Source: Myxococcota bacterium
GTDB lineage: Bacteria; Myxococcota_A; UBA9160; UBA6930
Length of the DNA: 64,000 bases
Direction: 5' to 3'
NCBI GenBank assembly: GCA_965223415.1
Contig: OZ245002.1
Coordinates: forward strand, 3,296,001-3,360,000
Positions 31,601-41,061 of the stretch are shown in pieces. Positions within the stretch are counted from its first letter, which is position 1; every line of letters starts with the position of its first letter. A program made the position numbers and the translations under genes. The notes under the pieces were generated by a model. The model was not told where the DNA came from. It worked only from the letters and a program-made list of their open reading frames with translations, and made no database searches.

Positions 31601-31609
31601 CGAGTTCAC

Positions 31610-31684
<75 letters not shown>

Positions 31685-31718
31685 GCTTCGGGATCCTCCA
31701 TCCAAGAGGGAGAGCATC

Positions 31719-32399
31719 GTGGCCGACAACGCACTCGCCGCGGAAGTCCGCACCGCCACCGGGAAGGGCGTCGCCCGCAAGCTGCGCGCGGCCGGTCGCG
31801 TCCCCGCCGTGATGTACGGCCGCGGGACCGATTCCGCCGTGCTGGCCATCGACCCCAAGGCCCTGGACGAGGTGCTCCACAAGAGTGGTGCCGGCCGCAA
31901 CACGCTGATCAGCCTGGGCGTCGACGGCGCGACCCACACGGTGCTGCTGAAGGACCTGCAACGGGACCCGATCCACGGGCAGACGCTGCACGCGGACTTC
32001 TACCTGGTCGACCTCTCGAAGACCGTCGAGGTGACCGTGCCCCTGCACTTCGTCGGCAAGGCGGTGGGCGTCGAGTTCGGCGGCATCATGGACCACCCGG
32101 TGCGCGAGCTCCTGATCGAGTGCCTGCCCACGGCGATCCCCGAGTTCTTCGAGGTCGACATCGGCGGGCTCGAGCTGGGCCAGAGCCTTCACGTGAGCGA
32201 CGTCGCCCTCGGCGAGGGCCTCACCTGCAAGACCGAGGACGACTTGGCCGTCGCGATCTGCGCCACGCCCAAGGCGGCCGAGGAAGAGGAAGAGGCGGTC
32301 GAGGGCGAGGAGGGCGCCGAGCTGGCCGAGGGCGAGGAGGGCGCTGCGCCCGACGAGGGCGGCGCCGAGGCTCCGGCCGAGGGTGGCGGCGACAGCTAG
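31719..32399 (+). CDS. rplY: 50S ribosomal protein L25/Ctc
   Basis: GKGVARKLRAAGRVPAVMYG, LQRDP, HADFY, second Ctc domain, acidic tail. Confidence 0.94.
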   Translation: MADNALAAEVRTATGKGVARKLRAAGRVPAVMYGRGTDSAVLAIDPKALDEVLHKSGAGRNTLISLGVDGATHTVLLKDLQRDPIHGQTLHADFYLVDLSKTVEVTVPLHFVGKAVGVEFGGIMDHPVRELLIECLPTAIPEFFEVDIGGLELGQSLHVSDVALGEGLTCKTEDDLAVAICATPKAAEEEEEAVEGEEGAELAEGEEGAAPDEGGAEAPAEGGGDS

Positions 32400-32411
32400 C
32401 CGCGTTCCGGC

Positions 32412-33014
32412 ATGAAGCTCGTGGTCGGCCTCGGGAATCCCGGGGAGCGCTACCGGCGCTCGCGACACAACGCGGGCTTCCGCATCGTCGAGTGCCTGGC
32501 GGAGCGCGCTGCCATCGCCCTCGACGACGAGCGCTACGACGGGCACTACGGCGAGGGCTGGGCGGCGGGCGAAGAGGTCGCCCTGCTGCTGCCCCAGACC
32601 CACATGAACGCTTCGGGCCAGGCAGTCATCCAGGCGTTGCGCGGGCTCGCGACCCTGGATCCGGAGCGGGACCTGCTGATCGTCCTGGACGACATCGACC
32701 TGTCCCTCGGACGCCTTCGCCTGCGGCCGCGGGGAAGCGACGGCGGCCAGCGCGGTCTGCGCGACGTCATCGAGTGGACCGGGAGCGAGGCCGTACCGCG
32801 GTTGCGCTTCGGGGTGGGCCGCCCCCCGCCGGGCCTGGACCCGGTGGAGTGGGTGCTCGCGCCCTTCCGCGCCGACGAGGAGCGGGTCCTCCGTCGCGCC
32901 CTTCCACGTGCCGCCGACGCGGTCCTGTGCTTCCTCAGCGAAGGAGCCGGGCCCGCCATGGACCGGTTCAACGGTCCCCCCGAGCCCGACCCAGGGGTTC
33001 CCCCGGATGCCTAG
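32412..33014 (+). CDS. pth: Peptidyl-tRNA hydrolase
   Basis: LVVGLGNPG, RHNAGF, PQTHMNASG, DDIDL, GSDGGQRG, RLRFGVG. Confidence 0.93.
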   Translation: MKLVVGLGNPGERYRRSRHNAGFRIVECLAERAAIALDDERYDGHYGEGWAAGEEVALLLPQTHMNASGQAVIQALRGLATLDPERDLLIVLDDIDLSLGRLRLRPRGSDGGQRGLRDVIEWTGSEAVPRLRFGVGRPPPGLDPVEWVLAPFRADEERVLRRALPRAADAVLCFLSEGAGPAMDRFNGPPEPDPGVPPDA

Positions 33015-33079
33015 GAGAATCTCTCCTTCCTTCTGCGCCAGGGGCGGGGACGGGGTACAGTGCGCGCCGAAATGGGCCG

Positions 33080-34495
33080 ATGCCGGCCCCGATGGCAGCC
33101 CAGCCCCTGCGTTCCATGCCGGACTCCACTACGCCCGCGCCGCGTCCGCCCAAGCTTGCCGAGCGCCTGGCCCGCCCCTTCGTGCGCTTCATGGAGCTCG
33201 AGATCTCGAGCGCCGTGCTGCTGCTGGGAATGGCCGCCCTCGCCCTGGCCTGGGCGAACTCTCCCTGGGGCGCCACCTACGAGCACTTCTGGCACACGCC
33301 CCTGGGCATCCGGATCGGCGAGGTCTTCACCCTCGAGCTCTCCCTCGCCCACTGGGTGAACGACGGCCTGATGACGATCTTCTTCTTCGTCGTCGGCATG
33401 GAGATCAAGCGGGAGATGGCCTACGGCGAGCTGTCGAGCCGCTCGCGGGCCATGCTGCCGATCGTCGCGGCCCTGGGCGGCATGATCGTGCCCGCGGGCA
33501 TCTACGCCTGGTTCCACGCCGGCGGGCCCGCGATCCGCGGCTGGGGCGTGCCCATGGCCACCGACATCGCCTTCGCCGTGGCCGCCCTCTCGGTGATGGG
33601 CGCCCGGGTGCCCTCGAGCCTGCGCATCTTCCTGCTCGCGCTGGCCATCGCCGACGACCTCGGCGCGATCGCCGTGATCGCCATCTTCTACACCGCCGAG
33701 ATCCACCTGCACTCCCTCGGCTTCGCCGCCGGCGGCCTGGTCCTGTGCTGGCTGCTCAACTGGGCCGGCGTGCGGAGCTTCATCCCCTACCTGGTGGTCG
33801 GCGCCTTCGTCTGGTTCGAGACCCACCACTCCGGCGTCCACGCCACCGTCGCCGGCGTCCTGCTCGGCTTCCTGACGCCCGTGGAGCTGGACCACGACGA
33901 CCACGAGAGCCTGATCGACCGGGGCCGCGGCGCCCTCGAGCACATGCGCGAGCTGCTGACCGGGGTGCACGGCGAGGAGGACACGGTCGACCACGGCGGC
34001 CACGGGCGTCACCACGCCGGCCGCGAGCTGGCCGGTCTGGCTCGCGACACCCTCTCGCCCCTCGACTACCTGGTGAACCTGCTCGAGCGCCCGGTGGCCT
34101 TCGTGATCATGCCGGTCTTCGCCCTGGCCAACGCCGGGGTGGTGCTCGACACCTCGACCCTGGGCGAGCCCATGGCGCTCTCGGTGGCCTGGGCGGTGGC
34201 TCTGGGCCTGGTCCTGGGCAAGCCCATCGGCGTCACGATCTTCGCCTGGATCGCGGTCCGCACTGGCCTGGCAGCGCTCCCCCGCGGCGTGAACTGGGGC
34301 ATGATCGCCGCCACTGGCGTGCTCGCCGGCATCGGCTTTACCGTGGCGCTCTTCGTCACCGCCCTGGCCTTCACGGACCCGGTCCACACCGCCGGCTCGA
34401 AGATCGGCATCCTGGCGGGCTCGGTGGTCGCCACCGCCGCGGGCCTGGTGATCCTGGCTCGCTCGCTCCCCAAGGCGGCCCCGGTTCGGCATTGA
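33080..34495 (+). CDS. nhaA: Na+/H+ antiporter NhaA
   Basis: WVNDGLMTIFFFVVGMEIKRE, GWGVPMATDIAFA, LAIADDLGAI, SGVHAT, PVFALANAG, GIGFT; start uncertain (33080/33092/33116). Confidence 0.92.
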   Translation: MPAPMAAQPLRSMPDSTTPAPRPPKLAERLARPFVRFMELEISSAVLLLGMAALALAWANSPWGATYEHFWHTPLGIRIGEVFTLELSLAHWVNDGLMTIFFFVVGMEIKREMAYGELSSRSRAMLPIVAALGGMIVPAGIYAWFHAGGPAIRGWGVPMATDIAFAVAALSVMGARVPSSLRIFLLALAIADDLGAIAVIAIFYTAEIHLHSLGFAAGGLVLCWLLNWAGVRSFIPYLVVGAFVWFETHHSGVHATVAGVLLGFLTPVELDHDDHESLIDRGRGALEHMRELLTGVHGEEDTVDHGGHGRHHAGRELAGLARDTLSPLDYLVNLLERPVAFVIMPVFALANAGVVLDTSTLGEPMALSVAWAVALGLVLGKPIGVTIFAWIAVRTGLAALPRGVNWGMIAATGVLAGIGFTVALFVTALAFTDPVHTAGSKIGILAGSVVATAAGLVILARSLPKAAPVRH

Positions 34496-34593
34496 CCCGA
34501 TTGTCCCGGGATTGTCCCGTCTGTTGCTGGTGACGATCCAGCAAATTGACGGACAACCGCGCGATTGAGGGGGGATTGATCCCCGTCTATCCT
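34491..34593 (+). promoter_or_regulatory. Putative MocR/PdxR operator and sigma70 promoter of pdxR-pdxST
   Basis: Direct repeats ATTGACCCG/ATTGTCCCG/ATTGTCCCG (34491, 34500, 34511), inverted GGACAA (34551), promoter TTGAGG-N17-TATCCT ending 7 nt before GTG. Confidence 0.55.
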
Positions 34594-34600
34594 GCCTGGC

Positions 34601-36121
34601 GTGATGGATCTCCGGATCGAGCGCAGCGAGGACGGGCGGGGGACCGGGCGGGCCGGCGGGGCGCCGGTGTACCTGCAGATCGCCGGCCAGATCCGCGAGC
34701 GGGTTCGCGAGGGGGCCCTGGCTCCGGGCGACCGGCTGCCGCCGATCCGCGAGCTCGCCCGCCGGCTGGGCGTGAACCGGGACACCGTGAGCACCGCCTA
34801 CGAGACGCTGGCGGCCGAGGGCGTGCTCGACGCGAGGGTCGGCCGGGGCACCTTCGTGCGTGGCCTGCGTCCCCGGACCGGGCCGGCCACGGCGCCGGTC
34901 GAGACCCGGCTGGCCGGCGTCACCCAGCGCCTGCTGGACCTCGAGCGCGGTCGCGTGGCCTATGGGGCGACGGACGACGCGATCCAGCTCCACGCGCTCA
35001 AGCCCGATCCCTCCCTGTTTCCCGTGGAGGCCTTCCGGCGCGCCCTGAACCGGGCCTTCGCGTCCCGCGGCCCGGAGCTCCTCGACTACGGCGAGCCCCA
35101 GGGCGATCGGGGTCTGCGGGAAGCGGTGGCCGAGCGCCTGCGCGCGGCGGGCGCCCCGGCTGGCGGCCCGCTGGGCGCCGACCAGGTCGTGCTCTGCCAG
35201 GGCGCGAGCCAGGGCATCTCCCTCGGCCTGCGGCTCTTCGCCGAGGCCGGGCACGCGGTGGCGGTCGAGGAGCCGACCTATCACAACGCCCTGGCCGCGG
35301 CGACGGGGCTCGGCCTGCGGGTCGTGCCGATCCCGATGCGCCGGCAGGGCGCGGATCTCGACGCCCTGGATCGCGCCCTCGCCCGGCCCGAGGTGAAGCT
35401 CTTCTACACGATCCCGACCTTCCACAACCCGATGGGCACCACGACCGACCTGGCCCACCGCCACGAGCTGCTGCAGATCGCGGCGCGCCACGGCAAGCCC
35501 GTGCTCGAAGACGCCTACGAGATGGACCTGCGCTTCGCCGGCCGTCCGGTTCCCTCGCTCCTGGCCCTGGACGAGGAGGGGCTGGTGGTGCAGCTGCTGT
35601 CGTTCTCGAAGTCGCTCTTCCCCGGGCTGCGCTGCGGCGCGGTGGTGGGCCGCGGGCGCCACGTGGACGGGCTCCTCGCCCTGCGTCACGCGGCGGATCT
35701 GGGCGGCGCCCAGCCACTGCAGGCGGCGCTGGCGGACTTCCTGCGCAGCGGCGCCTACGACCGCCACCTGGCCGGCCTCCGGCGCAAGCTCCGGGAGCGC
35801 CGCGACGCCCTGGTCGAGAGCCTGGCGGCGGAGATGCCCGAAGGCACCGGGTGGCAGCGGCCCGAGGGCGGCTACCAGGCCTGGGTCGAGCTGCCGGAGC
35901 CCCTCGATACCCGGGACCTGCACGCCGACGCCCTGCGCGCCGGCGTGCTGATCGCGCCGGGCTTCCAGTTCCTCCACGACGGGCGCCCGTCGCGGGGGAT
36001 GCGCCTGTCGATCGCCCTGGCGGAGCCCGAAGCGATCCGCCGCGGCATCGCTGTGCTCGGCGACCTGGCCCGCGAACGGCTTCACGAGCGCGAAGGCCGA
36101 CGCGGACAGATCCACGTCTAG
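34601..36121 (+). CDS. MocR/GabR-family PLP-dependent transcriptional regulator (PdxR-like)
   Basis: GntR wHTH (LPPIRELARRLGVNRDTVSTAY, GRGTFV) plus aminotransferase I domain (PTFHNPMG, SFSKSLFPGLR); directly precedes pdxST. Confidence 0.9.
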   Translation: MMDLRIERSEDGRGTGRAGGAPVYLQIAGQIRERVREGALAPGDRLPPIRELARRLGVNRDTVSTAYETLAAEGVLDARVGRGTFVRGLRPRTGPATAPVETRLAGVTQRLLDLERGRVAYGATDDAIQLHALKPDPSLFPVEAFRRALNRAFASRGPELLDYGEPQGDRGLREAVAERLRAAGAPAGGPLGADQVVLCQGASQGISLGLRLFAEAGHAVAVEEPTYHNALAAATGLGLRVVPIPMRRQGADLDALDRALARPEVKLFYTIPTFHNPMGTTTDLAHRHELLQIAARHGKPVLEDAYEMDLRFAGRPVPSLLALDEEGLVVQLLSFSKSLFPGLRCGAVVGRGRHVDGLLALRHAADLGGAQPLQAALADFLRSGAYDRHLAGLRRKLRERRDALVESLAAEMPEGTGWQRPEGGYQAWVELPEPLDTRDLHADALRAGVLIAPGFQFLHDGRPSRGMRLSIALAEPEAIRRGIAVLGDLARERLHEREGRRGQIHV

Positions 36122-36160
36122 ACCGAACCATCCAAGCCATCCCAAGAGGAGGGACCCCCG

Positions 36161-37060
36161 ATGAGCGAGAACGAACGGAGCGACGCCCAGAGCTACGAGC
36201 TGAAGGTCGGCCTGGCCGAGATGCTGAAGGGCGGGGTGATCATGGACGTGACCACGCCGGACCAGGCGAAGATCGCCGAGGAGGCCGGCGCCGCCGCGGT
36301 GATGGCGCTCGAGCGCGTGCCGGCGGACATCCGCGCCGAGGGCGGCGTGGCGCGCATGTGCTCGATCCAGGTGATCGAGGGCATCCAGAAGTCCGTCTCG
36401 ATCCCCGTGATGGCGAAGGTGCGCATCGGACACTTCGCCGAGGCGCGGGTGCTCGACGCCCTGGGCGTCGACTTCGTCGACGAGAGCGAGGTGCTCACGC
36501 CCGCCGACGAGCAGCACCACATCGACAAGCATCCCTTCCGCTCGCCCTTCGTGTGCGGCGCGCGCAACCTGGGCGAGGCGCTGCGGCGCATCGGCGAGGG
36601 CGCCGCGATGATCCGCACCAAGGGCGAGGCGGGCAGCGGCAACATCGTCGAGGCGGTGCGGCACCTGCGCCAGGTGAACGGGGACATCCGCGCCATCCAG
36701 GCCCTGCGGGTCGAGGAGCTCGCGACCCGGGCCAAGGAGCTGGGCGCGCCGGTCGATCTCGTTCGCTACGTCCACGAGCACGGCAAGCTGCCGGTGCCGA
36801 ACTTCGCCGCCGGTGGGATCGCGACGCCTGCTGACGCGGCGCTCTGCATGAGCCTCGGCGCCGAGGCGGTGTTCGTCGGCTCCGGGATCTTCAAGAGCGA
36901 GGATCCGGAGAGCCGCGCCAAGGCCTGCGTGCACGCCACCACCCACTGGCAGGAGCCGGCCGAGGTGCTGAACGCGTCTCGCGGCCTCGGCAAGGCGATG
37001 GAGGGGATCGAGATGGAGACCCTCGACGAGAGCGAGCGCCTCGCCAAGCGGGGCTGGTAG
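36161..37060 (+). CDS. pdxS: PLP synthase lyase subunit PdxS
   Basis: [63 protein letters not shown]. Confidence 0.97.
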   Translation: MSENERSDAQSYELKVGLAEMLKGGVIMDVTTPDQAKIAEEAGAAAVMALERVPADIRAEGGVARMCSIQVIEGIQKSVSIPVMAKVRIGHFAEARVLDALGVDFVDESEVLTPADEQHHIDKHPFRSPFVCGARNLGEALRRIGEGAAMIRTKGEAGSGNIVEAVRHLRQVNGDIRAIQALRVEELATRAKELGAPVDLVRYVHEHGKLPVPNFAAGGIATPADAALCMSLGAEAVFVGSGIFKSEDPESRAKACVHATTHWQEPAEVLNASRGLGKAMEGIEMETLDESERLAKRGW

Positions 37061-37067
37061 GACGCGG

Positions 37068-37637
37068 ATGACGATGCCGGCCGTCGGCATCCTCGCGATC
37101 CAGGGCGACGTGGCGGCCCACGCCCGCGCCCTGGATCGCGCCGGCGCCCGTGCCGTCCCGGTGCTGCGCGAGAAGGACCTGGACGGTCTCGCGGCGCTGA
37201 TCCTGCCCGGAGGCGAGAGCACCACCATCTCCAAGGGGATCGACCGGCTCGGCCTGTGGGAGCCCCTGCGGGAGTTCGCCGCCTCGGGCCGGCCGCTCCT
37301 CGGCACCTGCGCCGGCGCCATCCTGTTAGCGCGGGCGGTGGAGCACCACCCGGTGCCCACCCTCGGCTTGCTCGACGCGGTGGCCGTGCGCAACGCCTAC
37401 GGCACCCAGGTGGACTCCTTCGCCGCCCCGGTCGACCCCGGCGCCGAGGAAGGTCTCGATGGCCTGCGCTGCGTCTTCATCCGCGCCCCCCAGCTCGAGC
37501 AGCTCGGCCCCCGGGTCGAGACCCTCGCCCGGGTCGAAGGACGCCCAGTCCTCGTCCGCCAGGCCAACCTCCTGGCCGCCACCTTCCACCCCGAGCTCAC
37601 CCCCGACCCGCGCCTCCACCGCCTCCTCCTCCCCTAG
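37068..37637 (+). CDS. pdxT: PLP synthase glutaminase subunit PdxT
   Basis: GILAIQG, LPGGEST, GTCAG, RNAYG, FIRAP, FHPELT. Confidence 0.95.
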   Translation: MTMPAVGILAIQGDVAAHARALDRAGARAVPVLREKDLDGLAALILPGGESTTISKGIDRLGLWEPLREFAASGRPLLGTCAGAILLARAVEHHPVPTLGLLDAVAVRNAYGTQVDSFAAPVDPGAEEGLDGLRCVFIRAPQLEQLGPRVETLARVEGRPVLVRQANLLAATFHPELTPDPRLHRLLLP

Positions 37638-37731
37638 GGGGTGCTAAGCAAGGGGCCGGTTCCATCTGTTAAGTTGCCGGGCCCGGTGACCCGGGGGGCG
37701 GGGTCTGCTACCTCTCCGGGCCTTCGAATCA

Positions 37732-37820
37732 CCTCGGTCCCCGTCACGGGGCCGCCCCCCGCGGCGGTCTCGAAGCGAGCGGGGGCCCGCCGCGGCCCGG
37801 GCGCGGTGACCGAGAGGAGG
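37732..37820 (+). promoter_or_regulatory. Putative S6:S18 autoregulatory leader RNA
   Basis: CTCGGTC/GACCGAG stem abutting AGGAGG RBS of rpsF; small hairpin CCCCG-TCA-CGGGG followed by CCG, as in known rpsF leaders. Confidence 0.5.
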
Positions 37821-37824
37821 ATGC

Positions 37825-38406
37825 ATGCGGGAGTACGAGACGACGTTCATCGTCCAGCCCGAGATCTCCGACGAGGGCTGCAGCGAGCTGCTCGAACGGG
37901 TCGACGGCGTCCTGGAACGCGAGGGAGCCACCCGGCTCCTGCACGACGACCAGGGCAAGCGCCGGCTGGCCTACGAGATCCGCAAGTTCCAGAAGGGCCG
38001 GTACGTCACGACCTACTACCTGGACGAGGGCAAGGCGGTGGCTCCGCTCGAGCGCAGCCTGCGCCTCGAGGAGTCGGTGCTGCGCTTCCTGACCGTGCTG
38101 CGGAGCCAGGAGGTGGCGGACATCGAGGCCCGCAAGGCCCTCGCCGCCGAGGAGGAGCGGATCCGCGCCGAGCGCGCCCGCGAGCGCGCCGAGCGCGAGG
38201 CCGAGGAGGAGCGCGCCCGCCAGGCCGCGGCGGCCGCCGCGCCGCCGCCGCCCGCCCCGGAGGCCTCTGAAGCCCCGGCGCCCGCCGAAGCCCCGGCCGC
38301 GGCCCCGGCTGAAGCAACGGCCGAGGCCTCCACCGAGGCGCCGGCCGCTGCCGCTCCCGAGGCACCCGCCGCGGAGAAGCCCGACACCGAGGAGACCGCA
38401 GGATGA
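37825..38406 (+). CDS. rpsF: 30S ribosomal protein S6 with long C-terminal extension
   Basis: [26 protein letters not shown]. Confidence 0.93.
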   Translation: MREYETTFIVQPEISDEGCSELLERVDGVLEREGATRLLHDDQGKRRLAYEIRKFQKGRYVTTYYLDEGKAVAPLERSLRLEESVLRFLTVLRSQEVADIEARKALAAEEERIRAERARERAEREAEEERARQAAAAAAPPPPAPEASEAPAPAEAPAAAPAEATAEASTEAPAAAAPEAPAAEKPDTEETAG

Positions 38407-38909
38407 GCGACGATCCGAGCGCACCGCGCCCCCCGAGCGACGCACCCGCCGGCGACGCCCCCCGCGGCGACAGCGGTGGCTACCGCGGCGACGGCCCCCG
38501 CGGCGACGGCGGCGGCTACCGCAGTGATGGCCCCCGCGGCCCGGGCGGTGGAGGCGGCCGGCCCGGCGGCGGTGGCGGCGGCTTCCGCCGCGACGGCGAG
38601 CGCCGCGAGCGCGGCCCCATGAGCGTGAAGGCCCGCCTGCGCGCCCGCGCCCGCAAGAAGGCCCGCAAGCAGAAGAAGTCGAAGGGCAGCTTCCTCCGCA
38701 AGAAGGTCTGCCGCTTCTGCGCCGACACGAAGGCGGAGATCGACTACAAGGACCCGAAGGGCCTGCGCTACTTCGTCACCGAGACCGGGAAGCTCATCCC
38801 GATGCGCATCTCGGGCAACTGCGCCAAGCACCAGCGCGCCATCGCCCTGGCGATCAAGCGCTCCCGCCAGCTGGCCCTCATGCCCTACGCGCCCCACCAC
38901 GGGGGCTAG
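38403..38909 (+). CDS. rpsR: 30S ribosomal protein S18 with Gly/Arg-rich N-terminal extension
   Basis: [40 protein letters not shown]. Confidence 0.92.
   Translation: MSDDPSAPRPPSDAPAGDAPRGDSGGYRGDGPRGDGGGYRSDGPRGPGGGGGRPGGGGGGFRRDGERRERGPMSVKARLRARARKKARKQKKSKGSFLRKKVCRFCADTKAEIDYKDPKGLRYFVTETGKLIPMRISGNCAKHQRAIALAIKRSRQLALMPYAPHHGG
38460..38540 (+). repeat. In-frame 36-bp tandem repeat (about 2.2 copies) in rpsR N-terminus
   Basis: [12 protein letters not shown] / [12 protein letters not shown] / PRG. Confidence 0.75.
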
Positions 38910-38917
38910 GAGACGCC

Positions 38918-39412
38918 ATGCCCATCCAGGTGATCCTGCGCGAGGACATTGCGAAGCTCGGCATCGCCGGCGATCTGGTCGCCGTGAAGCCCGGCTACGC
39001 TCGCAACTACCTCATCCCCAAGGGCAAGGCGATCTTCGCCACCGCCGCCAAGGTCAAGGAGCTCGAGCACCACCGGCGCATCATCGCCGAGAACGTGGCC
39101 AAGCACCTGAAGGACCTGACCGCCGCGAAGGACCGGCTCGAGCAGCTGCGCCTCGAGGTCGAGGCCCAGGCCGGCGAGGAGGGCAAGCTCTTCGGCTCGG
39201 TCACCTCGGCCCAGATCGCCGAGCTCATCGCCGAGAAGGGCATCGAGATCGACCGCCGCAAGATCGAGCTGGCGGAGCCGATCAAGACCCTCGGCGACCA
39301 CGAGGTGCCCCTGAAGCTGCACCGCGAGGTCATCGCGACCCTGAAGCTGAAGGTGACCGCCGCCGACGCGGGCGAGGCTCCCGCCGAGCCCCCGGCCTCC
39401 GACGAGTCGTAG
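38918..39412 (+). CDS. rplI: 50S ribosomal protein L9
   Basis: VKPGYARNYLIP, GKLFGSVT, IDRRKI, PIKTLG. Confidence 0.96.
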   Translation: MPIQVILREDIAKLGIAGDLVAVKPGYARNYLIPKGKAIFATAAKVKELEHHRRIIAENVAKHLKDLTAAKDRLEQLRLEVEAQAGEEGKLFGSVTSAQIAELIAEKGIEIDRRKIELAEPIKTLGDHEVPLKLHREVIATLKLKVTAADAGEAPAEPPASDES

Positions 39413-39501
39413 TACACTCGGACGCTGGCGGCGCCGCGGGTCGGCGTCGCCCCGAGCTGGCGGCGCCCCGAGACGGCGTCGCCCCGAGGAGGGGGTGATC
39501 C

Positions 39502-41055
39502 TTGGGCGAGGCGACCGGTTTCCACAGCGAGCCCGCGCCCCGGTCCGACGGGCGCAGGCGCCGGCGCGGCGGCGGTGACGACGGCGGGGCTGCCGAGCTC
39601 CTCGGCCGCGTCCCGCCCCACGATCTCGAGGCGGAGAAGTCCGTCCTCTCCGCCCTGCTCCTCGACCCGCGGGTCTTCCACGAGATCTTCGAGGAGGTCG
39701 GGGCCGACGACTTCTACCACCCGGCCCACCAGGTGCTGCTGCGGGCAATGCTCACCATCCACGACGAGCGCCGTCCCGTCGACCTGATCACGCTCTCCGA
39801 GTACCTGACGACCCAGAAGACCCTGGACGCGGTGGGCGGGCCGGTCGCCCTGGCGGAGATCGCCGACTACGCCGCCACCAGCGCCAACGTGCTGCACCAC
39901 GCCCGGATCGTCCGGGACAAGGCGGTGAAGCGGCGGCTCATCCAGGTGGCCAGCGAGATCGCCGAGACCGGCTATGACGAGGAGGGCAACGCCGACCAGC
40001 TTCTCGACTTCGCCGAGTCGCGCATCTTCGAGGTGTCGAAGGCCCAGAGCAAGAGCTCCTTCGCCAGCCTGCACGACGAGATGCCCGGCACCTTCGACTA
40101 CGTCGAGGCGATCATGAACCGGGGGGGCGATCTCACCGGCCTGCCCACGGGCTTCGACGACCTGGACGAGATGACCGGCGGGCTCCAGCCCGGGGAGCTG
40201 ATCATCATCGCCGCGCGTCCGAGCATGGGAAAGACCGCGTTCGCATTGAACATCGCCCGCAACGCGGCGGTGGGACACGGCAAGAACGCCGCCGTGTTCT
40301 CCCTCGAGATGACCACCCGCTCGCTCATCGTGCGGCTGCTCTCGACCGAGGCGCAGATCGACTTCTCCAGCCTGCGCAAGGGCTTCCTGCCCATGTCCGA
40401 CTACCGCAAGCTGCAGACCGCCGCCGACCGCCTCTCCCAGGCGAAGATCTGGATCGACGATTCCGGCGCCCTCGACATCCTCGAGATCAAGGCGAAGAGC
40501 CGGCGCCTCCACTCGGAGCACGGGCTCGACCTGGTGATCGTCGACTACCTGCAGCTCGCGAGCGCCGCTGGGCGACGGGACCGCAAGGATCTCGAGATCG
40601 CCGAGATCTCCCGGGGCCTGAAGGCGCTCTCGAAGGAGCTCGACCTGCCGGTGATCGCGCTCTCCCAGCTGAACCGGGGCCCGGAGCAGCGCGATCCGGA
40701 CAAGCGCCGGCCGATGATGGGCGACCTGCGCGAGTCCGGCGCGATCGAGCAAGACGCGGACGTCGTCGCGTTCATCTACCGGGACGTCGTTTACAACAAG
40801 GAGACCGCCGACCCGCGGATGGCGGAGATCATCATCGAGAAGCAGCGCAACGGGCCGACCGGCACCGTGAAGCTCGACTTCGAGGGTCGCTATGCGCGCT
40901 TCGCCAACCGCGCCGCGGACGAGCCGCCGGACCTTCCGGCGGTGTCCGGCAGCTTCGTGGGCCCGGGTGACGACGCTGGCTTCGGCGGCACGGGCTTCGG
41001 CGACGGCGGCCTCGGCGGCCCGCCGCCGGCACCGGACGACGAGCCGGTCTTCTGA
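39502..41055 (+). CDS. dnaB: Replicative DNA helicase
   Basis: PPHDLEAEKSVL, IAARPSMGKT, FSLEM, IVDYLQL, ALSQLNR, DLRESGAIEQDAD, KQRNGPTG. Confidence 0.96.
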   Translation: MGEATGFHSEPAPRSDGRRRRRGGGDDGGAAELLGRVPPHDLEAEKSVLSALLLDPRVFHEIFEEVGADDFYHPAHQVLLRAMLTIHDERRPVDLITLSEYLTTQKTLDAVGGPVALAEIADYAATSANVLHHARIVRDKAVKRRLIQVASEIAETGYDEEGNADQLLDFAESRIFEVSKAQSKSSFASLHDEMPGTFDYVEAIMNRGGDLTGLPTGFDDLDEMTGGLQPGELIIIAARPSMGKTAFALNIARNAAVGHGKNAAVFSLEMTTRSLIVRLLSTEAQIDFSSLRKGFLPMSDYRKLQTAADRLSQAKIWIDDSGALDILEIKAKSRRLHSEHGLDLVIVDYLQLASAAGRRDRKDLEIAEISRGLKALSKELDLPVIALSQLNRGPEQRDPDKRRPMMGDLRESGAIEQDADVVAFIYRDVVYNKETADPRMAEIIIEKQRNGPTGTVKLDFEGRYARFANRAADEPPDLPAVSGSFVGPGDDAGFGGTGFGDGGLGGPPPAPDDEPVF

Positions 41056-41061
41056 CCGGGC

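Noticed and set aside
37649..37673. AAGGGGCCGGTTCCATCTGTTAAG as a third REP-like palindrome copy
   Set aside because: Only loose resemblance to one arm and no partner inverted arm
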